Part shown: positions 28,062 to 37,696 of the stretch, piece by piece
Position numbering within the stretch: position 1 is the stretch's first letter
How the letters are laid out: each line of letters starts with the position of its first letter
DNA from: an uncultured Spirochaetota bacterium
GTDB lineage: Bacteria; Spirochaetota; Brevinematia; Brevinematales; JAOACQ01
Reading direction: 5' to 3'
NCBI GenBank assembly: GCA_963835575.1
Contig: CAWIGG010000002.1
Location: forward strand, 96,001 to 160,000
DNA length: 64,000 nucleotides
The notes under the pieces: model-generated
What the model saw: only the letters and a program-made list of their open reading frames with translations
What the model was told of the DNA's origin: nothing
The model's database searches: none
Translations under genes and position numbers: made by a program

Positions 28062-29957
28062 TTACGAAGCAACTCCCAGGCTGAAGATGATGCTTAAAAT
28101 CACGAACGCCGAGATCAGGATATAGCCGATCGCTTCCATCTTGACCCAGCCTTTCTTCCGGTACTTGATGACGCTGTAGCCCATAAAAGCGGAAAACGTG
28201 ATCAGTATTGGCACGATATAACGGAAGTCTATATTCGCCGGGAACGAGATCCTCAGATAGGTTATTGCAAGCCAGAGAAGAATGAAATTCAATATCAGGA
28301 CCAGGTGCTCCTTGAAATCCTCTTTTGTCATGAGGAAGAGGCCGCCGATGATGTACAGGAACATGCAGATGAACAGGAAGCTGATCATTACGGCCGTGTT
28401 CCTGCAGACAGGCGGGCTGTAATCGAATTCGCCGAAGAGTCCCGTTTTCCACAGATAATTCCAGAAATACTGCCTTCCCAGGCGGTCGTCAAACGGCGAC
28501 GTGAACGGTTCGGTAATGAAGATCTTGCTGTCGAACCAGAAATAATTGGACGCCGTGTTCCCGACCAGGTTGGCTTCAGACAGCAGGTGGATGTTCGAAA
28601 TGAAGAGCCTGTCCCTTTTCCCCTCGATCTTCAGGATAACCCCCTGGTAATAGGCCGCTGAAATAGTCACTATGAAAATGACAATGGGCACGACGGCCAT
28701 TTTCGCGTAGGCTTTCCAATCCCTGTCCCTCAGGAAGCGCAGGATGAAAACGATGCCCAGGATGAAGAACACGAACATGGCGTTTGTTTTCGTCAGGGTC
28801 GCCAGCGCCGTAAAGACGCATGACAAGACAAGGTATTTATTGTCTTCCTTTATATGCCATTCAAGGGCATAGAAAAGCCCGACGGCATATAGAAAATACA
28901 TCAGGCAGTCGTTCCCGATCCTTGCGGAATGGATCACGTTGACCGGCCAGAAAACCAGGATGCTTGAGATCAGGATGGTGAAGTTATCCCTTGTGAAGAG
29001 GGCGCCTTTGCCGAAGATCTTTTTTAAGGAGAATTTCCCGCCCTGGGGGGCCGGTTCCTTGAAATCGGCCTTGATCATATTTACAAAGCGCCGGATGATC
29101 AGGATGGAGAAATAGAGGAAGCCCATCATGCAGAAGACCGAATAAAGCTGGAGGACCAGGTAGGCCGTGAAAATATTATGGTTGGAGATCAGCATGGCTG
29201 CAGAATAGACAACGGCCGCCGTGGCGTAATAGACCGGTGGATGGTACCAGGCCCCGCCGGCCGCCCATTCGATGGGAGGAAGGGATACGTGCTCGGCCAG
29301 ATAGACTACATAAGCTATATGCGCCGAAACGTCATGCGTCCTGGTTTCGAACGATGTCCCCGACAGGTAGACGAACCTGACCAGAAGGCCGGCCAGGAGG
29401 AGCAGGACGATCTTTTTGTCCATTTTAAAAAGGGTCAGGACCTCATAAAGGAGCATGATAAAAAAGACGGTTAGAAGCGAGTAGAGGATAAGATAGGTCA
29501 GGCCCACGCTTGAATTGAAGACGCCCACTCCGAACCTGCCGCCGTAGTCCTCGATTTTGATCTCAAACTTATTATCTCCCGGATGGAGATATTTTCCCAG
29601 GTTTATAGGAAAGCCCCTCATGTAGTCCTTGAGTTCGTCGGGGCCGATCCCCTGGAGCGAAACCTGCTGATCGTTGATTTTAATATAAATGATAATATCG
29701 TCGGGAACGATCTGCGCCCAGTTCGGCTGGAACGGGCCGGCGCTCAGAATCCCGGAGAAGATATATGCGCCGGGCGCCTTTGACAGTTCGTTAAAGGGCA
29801 TCTTTACGGCCTCGGATTTGCCGTCCGGCCCTGTCATGGTCACGTTTTTAAAAACAAAAGCGGTCTGCGCCAGGACTATTAAAAAAAGGACAGTGAATAA
29901 GAAATAAATCCCCATGCGGACCAGCTTGAAGCGGGATATTTCCTTTATAATTTTCAT
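28062..29957 (-). CDS. Polytopic GT-C fold glycosyltransferase (ArnT/PMT-like, GT39-like)
   Basis: Multiple TM helices; RTHDVSAHIAY, YHPPVYY, SARIGND, LATLTK. Confidence 0.8.
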   Translation of the reverse strand: MKIIKEISRFKLVRMGIYFLFTVLFLIVLAQTAFVFKNVTMTGPDGKSEAVKMPFNELSKAPGAYIFSGILSAGPFQPNWAQIVPDDIIIYIKINDQQVSLQGIGPDELKDYMRGFPINLGKYLHPGDNKFEIKIEDYGGRFGVGVFNSSVGLTYLILYSLLTVFFIMLLYEVLTLFKMDKKIVLLLLAGLLVRFVYLSGTSFETRTHDVSAHIAYVVYLAEHVSLPPIEWAAGGAWYHPPVYYATAAVVYSAAMLISNHNIFTAYLVLQLYSVFCMMGFLYFSILIIRRFVNMIKADFKEPAPQGGKFSLKKIFGKGALFTRDNFTILISSILVFWPVNVIHSARIGNDCLMYFLYAVGLFYALEWHIKEDNKYLVLSCVFTALATLTKTNAMFVFFILGIVFILRFLRDRDWKAYAKMAVVPIVIFIVTISAAYYQGVILKIEGKRDRLFISNIHLLSEANLVGNTASNYFWFDSKIFITEPFTSPFDDRLGRQYFWNYLWKTGLFGEFDYSPPVCRNTAVMISFLFICMFLYIIGGLFLMTKEDFKEHLVLILNFILLWLAITYLRISFPANIDFRYIVPILITFSAFMGYSVIKYRKKGWVKMEAIGYILISAFVILSIIFSLGVAS

Positions 29958-29996
29958 AAAATAACCTCCGGCAATAAATATTCTATTTTTTTATCA

Positions 29997-30386
29997 TCAA
30001 CCATGGCTTTGCAGCGGCGACTGTGAAATAAGGATGATTCCGACGCCGATTAAAACGGACCCGATGATCTGGGATGGGGAAAAATTTTCATGAAAAATGA
30101 TAGAGGCGGAAACCAGGTTTAGTATATAGGTCAGCGATGTGACTGGTATGACAATGGACAGTTTATAATTGGAAAGCATGTAGAAAAACATGATCATGGA
30201 AACAACGTACAGGAAACCGCCGATCAGGATATTGACTGAAAAGATCGTGGATATTATTTTTGGAAGACTGGAAAAATCAAAAGGCCTCGCGGCAAATTCT
30301 ATTTTCCAGAGCGCGTTCGCTATGGTGTTGAACACGCTCGATATGACACCCAAGATCAATAATTTTAAAAAACTCACAATCAGCAC
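29997..30386 (-). CDS. EamA/SMR-type small transporter (ArnE/F-like flippase)
   Basis: Four TM helices; LSIVIPVTSLTY...IFHE...IIGSVLIGVGI. Confidence 0.8.
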   Translation of the reverse strand: MLIVSFLKLLILGVISSVFNTIANALWKIEFAARPFDFSSLPKIISTIFSVNILIGGFLYVVSMIMFFYMLSNYKLSIVIPVTSLTYILNLVSASIIFHENFSPSQIIGSVLIGVGIILISQSPLQSHG

Positions 30387-30438
30387 CTCTTTAATTTGAT
30401 GATCCGCCGGATATTTTCAGGTGTTGTGCCCGGCGGTA

Positions 30439-30825
30439 TTATTTTTTCCTGCCTTTTTTCAGTTTTTCCAGCTCCGTTTTCAGTATGCCCACTTCCTGCA
30501 CCAGCGTTTTATTCATGTTGGAAAGCCTGGAAATGACAACCGAGTACTGGATCAGAATGAAAAACATCGCCATGACCAGAACTAAAAAAAGCGCGGCAGG
30601 TGCGTAGGCTATGCCGATCGAATGGGCGAATATCTCCAGACCGTTCCTCCAGACGGAGAAAATGATGAAAATGACGCTGAAAAAAAGCCAGAGAAGGGAA
30701 TATTCCTCTTTTAATTTTCTGTTCCTGACCAGGTAGATGATGAAGATAAAAAGCGCGGCGCTGAACAGGACCGATAAATAGGTGATGATGCTGGTATTGA
30801 CCGGGGTGCTTAACGGCTCGTTCAT
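30439..30825 (-). CDS. DUF2304 family membrane protein
   Basis: LVRNRKLKEEYSLLW...GIAYAP...ISRL...LVQEVGI. Confidence 0.9.
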   Translation of the reverse strand: MNEPLSTPVNTSIITYLSVLFSAALFIFIIYLVRNRKLKEEYSLLWLFFSVIFIIFSVWRNGLEIFAHSIGIAYAPAALFLVLVMAMFFILIQYSVVISRLSNMNKTLVQEVGILKTELEKLKKGRKK

Positions 30826-30829
30826 TGGA

Positions 30830-31540
30830 TTAAGGCCTCCTTTCTTTTGTGCGGCTGGCGGCCATCAGCTCGGAAATCAGCACTTTGATCATATAGTAAA
30901 AATTCCTCAGGCCGAAGATGGAAGACCTGCCGCCCTGCCGTTCCCGCATTTCCGCGTAGACTTCCTTAATGATAAAGCCGTTCTTTCCCAGAAGTATGAC
31001 AGCCTCGGGTTCGGGATAGTCCGACGGATAATTATCGGCGAGAAAAGTAAAGGCCTTTCTGTTCATCGCCCTGAAGCCCGATGTATTGTCTGTGATCTTC
31101 TGCCTGATGATCAAAGAATTGACGATCTCGAAAACCTTTATCCCGATGCGTCGGCTGAATGTCGATTTAAAACCCTTATTTTTTCTGCAGAACCTGGAGC
31201 CGATGACGACGTCCGCTTCCCGGCTGATTATCGGGGCGAGCAGTTTCGGTATTTCCTCCGCCTTGTGCTGGCCGTCCCCGTCAAACTGGACCGCTATATC
31301 GTAACCGTATTTTCCGGCGATTTTGAACCCGGTCTGCACGGCGCCGCCGATGCCGAGATTATAAGGAAGGTTGATGACCGTCGCTTTGCCGGTCGAAGCG
31401 GCCAGTCCGCCGGTATCATCTTTAGAGCAGTCGTTGATCACGGCTATGTCCCACCGGGGGTTGACGCTTTTCAATGACCGTATGACTTTTACTATATTTT
31501 CAGCCTCATTATAAGCCGGGATTATGATCAGCGTCTTCAT
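30830..31540 (-). CDS. GT2 glycosyltransferase (polyprenol-phosphate glycosyltransferase, DPM1-like)
   Basis: IPAYNE, INDCSKD, NLGIGGAVQTG, QFDGDGQH, GSRF, DNTSGFRA. Confidence 0.93.
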   Translation of the reverse strand: MKTLIIIPAYNEAENIVKVIRSLKSVNPRWDIAVINDCSKDDTGGLAASTGKATVINLPYNLGIGGAVQTGFKIAGKYGYDIAVQFDGDGQHKAEEIPKLLAPIISREADVVIGSRFCRKNKGFKSTFSRRIGIKVFEIVNSLIIRQKITDNTSGFRAMNRKAFTFLADNYPSDYPEPEAVILLGKNGFIIKEVYAEMRERQGGRSSIFGLRNFYYMIKVLISELMAASRTKERRP

Positions 31541-31681
31541 TTCACTCTCCGTTAATCAAATTCATCATGCCTCAAAAAAATATTTCCGGCATAATAACTT
31601 GATTTTAATATTTAAAAACCCCGACGCCAGAAATTCTAGCTGGCCTTCTAAAATATTGCAAAAAAAAACAGTTTTATTGAT

Positions 31682-31843
31682 TGGATTGGCAGGAACGGTA
31701 TGCATAGATATAACAATATGGACCCTTCGATGCTGACGGCCTTGACGGCTGTGGAGAATATCATCAACGGGTTCAAAACCAAGGACAACATCCGGCAGGT
31801 GAACGCCGAGGAAGAATACCACGAGGAAAAGGAAGGTTATTAA
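31682..31843 (+). pseudogene. C-terminal remnant of an FAD-dependent oxidoreductase (UDP-galactopyranose mutase/PPOX-like family)
   Basis: Manual translation WIGRNGMHRYNNMDPSMLTALTAVENIINGFKTKDNIRQVNAEEEYHEEK. Confidence 0.75.
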
Positions 31844-32553
31844 TAGGCTTCTATTTTAAAATCATCAACATAGGTATTAAGCGCGCTTCCTCCAAAATAT
31901 CCGCCGCCGAGAACTATTTTTGAAAAACTGTCAAAAGGGCTGCCGTCTACAGCGGAGATACTTTTTGTGCTGGAATTATTATTATCAGTTAATTTTAAAG
32001 TCAAAGTATTGCTAGCCTTGGTAATTTCACATATGTTAGTATGACTTGTATTAAAAAAAGAATATGTGTCTGATGCCAGAGTACCCCCGTTTCTATGGAT
32101 ACTGATATCAGAACCGGTAATTTCAAATTCATAACAATAACTTACGTCCATCAAGTTAAAATACATTGTACTACCGCTGTCCATATGAAAAATTATTGTG
32201 GTTTTTGTATTGGTATTAATTGTAATAATCAGGTTTACAGCGGGCATATAAGTGGCGCTGGTCCCGCTTGAGTATCCGCCCCTGCATACCAGTTCGTTGT
32301 TCATAATATAAAGCTCGCTGAATGTGCCGGAATCGCCGTTTCCTTCCCCTTCAGTCCAGCCGTTGCCGACGGCGGAGTTGGCCGGGCGGTTGAAATCATC
32401 ATGGAATGGCAGACTTTTCGGTGCGCTGCTGCCGCTGCTGCTGTTACTGCCGTCTCCTCCGGGAGCATTCGCACATGATACAGTCAGCGATGTGAATATT
32501 AAACCGCCGGCTGCAAACGCAAGAATAAAAATCATAACCTTTAGGCATTTCAT
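31840..32553 (-). CDS. Lipoprotein with beta-sandwich (ConA-like) domain
   Basis: Lipobox VSC-ANAPGG, Ser/Gly tether, FHDDFNR...YVDDFKI. Confidence 0.75.
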   Translation of the reverse strand: MKCLKVMIFILAFAAGGLIFTSLTVSCANAPGGDGSNSSSGSSAPKSLPFHDDFNRPANSAVGNGWTEGEGNGDSGTFSELYIMNNELVCRGGYSSGTSATYMPAVNLIITINTNTKTTIIFHMDSGSTMYFNLMDVSYCYEFEITGSDISIHRNGGTLASDTYSFFNTSHTNICEITKASNTLTLKLTDNNNSSTKSISAVDGSPFDSFSKIVLGGGYFGGSALNTYVDDFKIEAY

Positions 32554-32782
32554 TTGATACCTCCATAACAAAAATCCTTACAATAAGTTATTCTATATTA
32601 AATATACTTATTGTCGATTGCTTTTTTGCAATTTTTAACCAAAAATATTTTCAATTTTGGAAAATGAAATTTCTTCCGATGATATAAAAGCAGGCTTGAA
32701 AAGGCAGTAACTGGCAAAAACTATTCAAATGTATAATTTTAATGTATAATAATTACGGTTCATACCGGAGGTGAGACTTAAT

Positions 32783-34174
32783 ATGGAAGGGTTGGGGAAT
32801 TTAAAAAAGTTTTTTCTTATCGGAATCGGCGGCATCGGAATGTCGGCTCTCGCGGTGATCCTGAGAGCGAGGGGCTATCAGGTTTCCGGTTCGGACCGCG
32901 CCGAATCGTCGACAACGGCGAATCTGCAGAAGCAGGGCATTCAGGTCCGGATAGGGCACAGCGAAGAAAATATCACGGACGATACGGACGCAGTTGTTTA
33001 TACCAGCGCTATCACGGAAGATAATCCGGAGTATATTAAAGCAAAAAACAAAGGCATAGCGGTCTATGAAAGAGCGACAATGCTGGATCTGCTGGCTTCC
33101 GGCAAGTTTTCGGTGGGTGTTTCGGGAACGCATGGAAAAACAACGACGACGTCCATGACGGCAAAGATCTTTCTGGCCGCAGGGCTGGAACCGACGCTCG
33201 CTGTCGGCGGCTATATCGGCCAGATAGACGGCTCGGGATATGAAGGGAAGGGCAAGTTTTTTATCTATGAGGCCTGCGAGGCTTATGCTTCTTTTTTGAA
33301 GCTTCACCCGAATATCGCCGTGATTACCAATATCGACGCCGACCATCTGGATTATTACGGAAACCTGGGAAAAATAAAAGACGCGTTTGAAAAATATATC
33401 AGGGAAAATATCCCCGCTTTCGGGACCGTTATTTATAACATGGACAACGCCAATCTCAGGAATGTCGTGAGGAAAGTGAATCTTCCCCATTCTGTTTCTG
33501 TCGGCATCCGGCAGAGGGCCGAATTCACGGCCTCGAAGATCCGCCTGGATGATTTCTCATCCTCATTTACAGTAAAAAAACATGGCAAGCTCTACGGCGA
33601 GTTTTTTGTCAATATTCCCGGACAGCATAATGTTTATAACGCGCTTCTGGCAATAGCCTGCGCTAATGTGAACGGGATTTCCAGAGAGGTCATAGCGGAT
33701 ACGCTGGCGCATTTCAAGAACGCCGACAGGCGCTTCCAGCTGAAATTCAGCGCGAAGAACCTGATGGTGATCGACGACTATGCCCACCATCCGGCCGAGA
33801 TCGACGCGACGCTGAACGCCGCGAAAAATCTTTCGCAGAAAAAACATGCAAGGCTGATCGCCGTTTTTCAGCCGCACCTTTATTCACGGACACAGTATCT
33901 CTATAAGGAATTCGCCCGGTCGCTTTCCAGGGCGGACAGGGTTGTCCTGACTGAAATTTATGCCGCCAGGGAAATTAATCACGGCAATATCAGCACAAAA
34001 ATGATCTATGATGAAATAGTCAAGATAAAAGGCTACGAAAAAGTCGCCCTGACAAAGACCCTGAAGGAGATCCCGGATAAGGTCAGGGCTTTTTTTCAGG
34101 GGAACAATATTGTCATCACTTTAGGAGCGGGAGATGTCTGGAAAGTTTCGGATATGTTTTGTCCTCAGCCTTAG
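32783..34174 (+). CDS. murC: UDP-N-acetylmuramate--L-alanine ligase
   Basis: IGIGGIGMSALA, GTHGKTTT, TNIDADHLD, DDYAHHP, FQPHLYSRT, LGAGD. Confidence 0.97.
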   Translation: MEGLGNLKKFFLIGIGGIGMSALAVILRARGYQVSGSDRAESSTTANLQKQGIQVRIGHSEENITDDTDAVVYTSAITEDNPEYIKAKNKGIAVYERATMLDLLASGKFSVGVSGTHGKTTTTSMTAKIFLAAGLEPTLAVGGYIGQIDGSGYEGKGKFFIYEACEAYASFLKLHPNIAVITNIDADHLDYYGNLGKIKDAFEKYIRENIPAFGTVIYNMDNANLRNVVRKVNLPHSVSVGIRQRAEFTASKIRLDDFSSSFTVKKHGKLYGEFFVNIPGQHNVYNALLAIACANVNGISREVIADTLAHFKNADRRFQLKFSAKNLMVIDDYAHHPAEIDATLNAAKNLSQKKHARLIAVFQPHLYSRTQYLYKEFARSLSRADRVVLTEIYAAREINHGNISTKMIYDEIVKIKGYEKVALTKTLKEIPDKVRAFFQGNNIVITLGAGDVWKVSDMFCPQP

Positions 34175-34727
34175 CCTGTTTTGCTTTTTTCAGCCTGCCT
34201 TTGCCCAGGATGACCTCCCGGTAAAGGAGAAGCTCAATGTCAACGGCTATAATTTTTTTAACAGTATTGACACCAAACAGATCATCGGCCTCAGATTGAA
34301 AGCGCGGGCAGACCTCTATTATAATAAAAAGAAATTCGCCAACGCGATCAAGTATTACGAGGAAGCGTCCCGCTATCTGCCCGGCGAGGCGGATATATTT
34401 TTTAACCTGGGGAATATCTATAAAGAAGAAGCTATTTTTAATATGGCCGCGGTCTATTATAAAATGGCTTATGAAAAATACCTTCTACCGGAAAACTTCA
34501 ACAAAACCCAGAAGTATTACTATTTTTCATTGATCCGTTACGCTATTTCCTTATCCAAAGTCAAGGATATTAATAACGATAATGAGAAAAAAGCGAAAGA
34601 AGTCCTATCGGGTTTGATGGACCAGGAAAAAGAGTTTACGGTCAAATTTCCGGAAACCGTTCAGGAATACAGCAACCTGAACAAACTTATCTACGGCGAT
34701 GTGATGATCATCAATAAACAAAAATAA
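34134..34727 (+). CDS. Secreted TPR protein
   Basis: Signal peptide ending AFA; TPR ...ANAIKYYEEA...FFNLGNIY; overlaps the murC end. Confidence 0.75.
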   Translation: MSGKFRICFVLSLSLFCFFQPAFAQDDLPVKEKLNVNGYNFFNSIDTKQIIGLRLKARADLYYNKKKFANAIKYYEEASRYLPGEADIFFNLGNIYKEEAIFNMAAVYYKMAYEKYLLPENFNKTQKYYYFSLIRYAISLSKVKDINNDNEKKAKEVLSGLMDQEKEFTVKFPETVQEYSNLNKLIYGDVMIINKQK

Positions 34728-34762
34728 AATTGGATGTTTTTTTTATTTCTTATGATTTATCG

Positions 34763-34992
34763 CATTAGCGGATTACTACGTAATCTTCCGCGAAGCCACG
34801 CTAATTCACGCTAATGTAAATTTGCTTTGAAAACCTTCGAGATCATTCATAATCCCAAATTTATTCGTGTTAATTTGTGTTATCCGCTGTTTCCAGTTTC
34901 CCGTCTTAGCGTTCATAGATTCGGCAAGCTCACCACAGGTTCGCGTGTATTAGCGGATTACCCAAACCGGTCTTCCGCTAAGCCGCGTTAAT
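34763..34992. repeat. Cluster of periodic CGCTAA/TTAGCG inverted arms with a nested REP-like unit
   Basis: CCGCGAAGCCACGCTAATTCACGCTAAT ... TTAGCGTTC-(TTCGGCAAGCTCACCACAGG)-TTCGCGTGTATTAGCGG. Confidence 0.6.
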
Positions 34993-35106
34993 AATATGAC
35001 TGGATTTATATTTTATTTCCCCATGCTGTTTCTAAAAAAATCGTTCGTTTTAAGTAAAATAAACCAGGCAATAATCCGATAGTTTAGATACCGGGGGTTA
35101 TTTTTA

Positions 35107-36303
35107 ATGGATCAAAATGATGGATTGAATTTAAAAACGCCTGAAAAAAAGAAAAATACCGGACTATTTGTTTTTACCGTGTTCGCTATTTTGTTTTTCC
35201 TGTTTCTGGCGGGATTGAATATTTATCTTTTGAAAGACAGCGAATGGGATGCCGTATTCAATCCTGAGTTTGACACTGAAGGGGATTATTACAATCAATT
35301 CCCCGGTTATAATATGGAAGAAGTGTTTGACGGCATAAAGGGCAGGATCCCGATCCTGGAATACCATATCATTAAAACGCCCGCATGGGAAAAAAAGCTC
35401 TTCAGTAAAGGCAGAATCAGAAAAGACAAGTGGATTGAGCGGTTTATTGTCAGCTCCGACGAGCTCCGGGGCCATCTTGAGCGGCTTTATGAGGCCGGCT
35501 TCCGCAATATTTCCCTGGATGAATATCTTTCCCTTCAAAAAGGGCAGTTTAAGGCCCTGGACAGGATCCCGCCGGATTCCAAGCTTTATATTCTGACCTT
35601 TGACGACGCGACATACGGCCAGTTTGATATTACAGGCCTGGATGACAAAGGAAATCCTATTGTAGATCCCGATTGCGCCGTCGGCATTATGATGGAATTC
35701 GCGAAAATCCATCCCGATTTCAAGCTGAACGCGGCTTTTAGTATTACTTTTGAACACGCCCCTTTTATGCAGGGATCTTTTATCAAAAGAAAACTCAATA
35801 TGCTGATGGACATGGGTTTTGAGATCGTCAATCATACCAAGAACCATAGGAAGCTGACGCAGTATGTCAAAAGCGATCCCGATATAGCGGCTTATGAGAT
35901 CGGAAGGGCCATGGAGCTGTTCGAATCCTATCTGGGATACCGGGCTTCGGCGATTGATAAGATCTGCTATCCGGACGGGAAGGCGAATGCCGATGTCTGG
36001 AAATTTGTCCAGAATGTGACGTATAACGGCCGGACCTATCATTTCAGGGCGGCGCTGGACGCCGAAGGGCTGCAGGCAAAAAACCCCAACGAGACGAATT
36101 TTAATGTTTATAATATAGCGCGGATTGAAACCAGCAGCCGAACTTTTGAAACATATATACTGAATGCGAAGAACATTTACCGCACGCCGGATTTAAAGGA
36201 AAAAGTGAGACCGGATAATGAAAACCTGGCTTTTTACCAGCCGGTAACGGTAAAGAAAGATGTAAAGAAAGATCCGAAAAAAACAAAACGGCATTCATTT
36301 TAA
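35107..36303 (+). CDS. Membrane-anchored polysaccharide deacetylase family protein
   Basis: TM anchor; IPILEYH, LTFDDA, VNHTKNH, CYPDG. Confidence 0.8.
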   Translation: MDQNDGLNLKTPEKKKNTGLFVFTVFAILFFLFLAGLNIYLLKDSEWDAVFNPEFDTEGDYYNQFPGYNMEEVFDGIKGRIPILEYHIIKTPAWEKKLFSKGRIRKDKWIERFIVSSDELRGHLERLYEAGFRNISLDEYLSLQKGQFKALDRIPPDSKLYILTFDDATYGQFDITGLDDKGNPIVDPDCAVGIMMEFAKIHPDFKLNAAFSITFEHAPFMQGSFIKRKLNMLMDMGFEIVNHTKNHRKLTQYVKSDPDIAAYEIGRAMELFESYLGYRASAIDKICYPDGKANADVWKFVQNVTYNGRTYHFRAALDAEGLQAKNPNETNFNVYNIARIETSSRTFETYILNAKNIYRTPDLKEKVRPDNENLAFYQPVTVKKDVKKDPKKTKRHSF

Positions 36304-37428
36304 GCTGTAGGTTTTATAGGGATTCCTGCAGGGCGGGCCGACAGAGACCTCCATTTTCCGTTCCCTGATGTTCAGGATGACCGAAGCCAGCGTTGATAGC
36401 ACATCGCTGTGCCGGCAGATCGTATTGTCATTCCCCTCTTTTTCCCCGCCATGGTCTTTGAGGATCGATTTCATTTTCCGGATTGAAAGGCGTTTTAAAA
36501 CCGTTTTATTCAAAAGTTCATTGATCCGGTCATACCGCATATGATTGGTCGTGTTTATCAGCATGCCCTGGTACGGCTTCGGCGAAAGAAAATTGTCGTA
36601 CCTGTCCGTGTCCTTATAGTTAAACCTGACCATATCGGGATGCAGGAATATATTTGACGCGGCGGCAAAGCCGTTTTCCCTGCGCCTGACGGCAGAATGC
36701 CTGCCAAGAACTTCCAGTATCAGCCCGTCGCCTGTTTCATCCAGGATGAAAATAATGGCCCCGTTAGAAGTTCCCATGTCCCGGATAAACTCCACCGCCT
36801 GTTTTGTCCGGGCGAAGTTTTCAAGAACATACTGGCAGTTCAAGGTCGGCGAAAGGTTCTTATTGAAAATGGTCCTCTCCATTCCATAATTATATGAAAC
36901 GGCCAGCCCGGCCTCATTCAATCCGATGTGATTGCCTGTGAGCGCCGATATAATGAGTTCGAGGCTTTTCAACCGGGAATTCGGACTGCTCCGTCTGACG
37001 CAGGTTGTCATCGGAAGGACTGTAAAGAGGTCATAGTCTTTTATGATAAGGCTTGAGCGGGTTCTGGTCCTTGATCTATCCAGCATAGCGGTAGTGCACC
37101 CGGAGGTGGTCATAAAAGGCGTTGAAATCAGGCTCTCGAAAAACTGGATAAAAAGGAACAGATTGATATTTAATCCGGAACCGTCCGCCAAGCCTTTTAT
37201 GCGCTGGTAGGCTTCCGGGTCAAATTCGTCCATCTTTTTCATGAGAAAGTTATAGGCGATAACGCCGGCGGTTTCGGCTATAAAGTCGCTGTTCAGGTAT
37301 TTCGGCCGCATTCTTTTAATCGGCTCAAACTCAAAAAAGCTGTCAAAGGATTTTTTTATGGAATCTTTGAGGATCCTGCCCTGCTGAAAACCCATTTCAT
37401 AATGTGTTCCGCCGCATTCCAGATACAT
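36295..37428 (-). CDS. C45 family Ntn-hydrolase (acyl-CoA:6-APA acyltransferase-like)
   Basis: GTHYEMGFQQG, GCTT nucleophile site, GLNEAGLAV, ILKDH...ICRH, GPPC. Confidence 0.85.
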   Translation of the reverse strand: MYLECGGTHYEMGFQQGRILKDSIKKSFDSFFEFEPIKRMRPKYLNSDFIAETAGVIAYNFLMKKMDEFDPEAYQRIKGLADGSGLNINLFLFIQFFESLISTPFMTTSGCTTAMLDRSRTRTRSSLIIKDYDLFTVLPMTTCVRRSSPNSRLKSLELIISALTGNHIGLNEAGLAVSYNYGMERTIFNKNLSPTLNCQYVLENFARTKQAVEFIRDMGTSNGAIIFILDETGDGLILEVLGRHSAVRRRENGFAAASNIFLHPDMVRFNYKDTDRYDNFLSPKPYQGMLINTTNHMRYDRINELLNKTVLKRLSIRKMKSILKDHGGEKEGNDNTICRHSDVLSTLASVILNIRERKMEVSVGPPCRNPYKTYSLK

Positions 37429-37517
37429 AAATATTCCCTCTCTCTATTTATATCATACAGCACAAAAACCTTTATTTAAACATAATTTAAAAATAAAGTG
37501 ATAAAATGTCAAAATTA

Positions 37518-37570
37518 TCCCTCACCAGTTTGTCAAGTTCCACCTGAGAAGCAAACAAACTGGTGAGGGA
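37518..37570. repeat. Palindromic element with 16-bp arms (second copy)
   Basis: TCCCTCACCAGTTTGT-21nt-ACAAACTGGTGAGGGA. Confidence 0.9.
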
Positions 37571-37696
37571 TTAATCTATTTGTTTACTGAAGCGCCGATT
37601 ATATTTTATAATGGAAACTAACCCGGGTTTTCTTATTGAATTAAATAAAATTCCGATAGGATATAAGAGTAAAAAGGTTTTTGCCGGAGGGAGCAT

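Noticed and set aside
35164..36042. Long antisense ORFs (e.g. 35164..36042, 32801..33490, 30782..31477, 41936..42556)
   Set aside because: Shadow frames opposite well-supported genes, with no motifs or RBS
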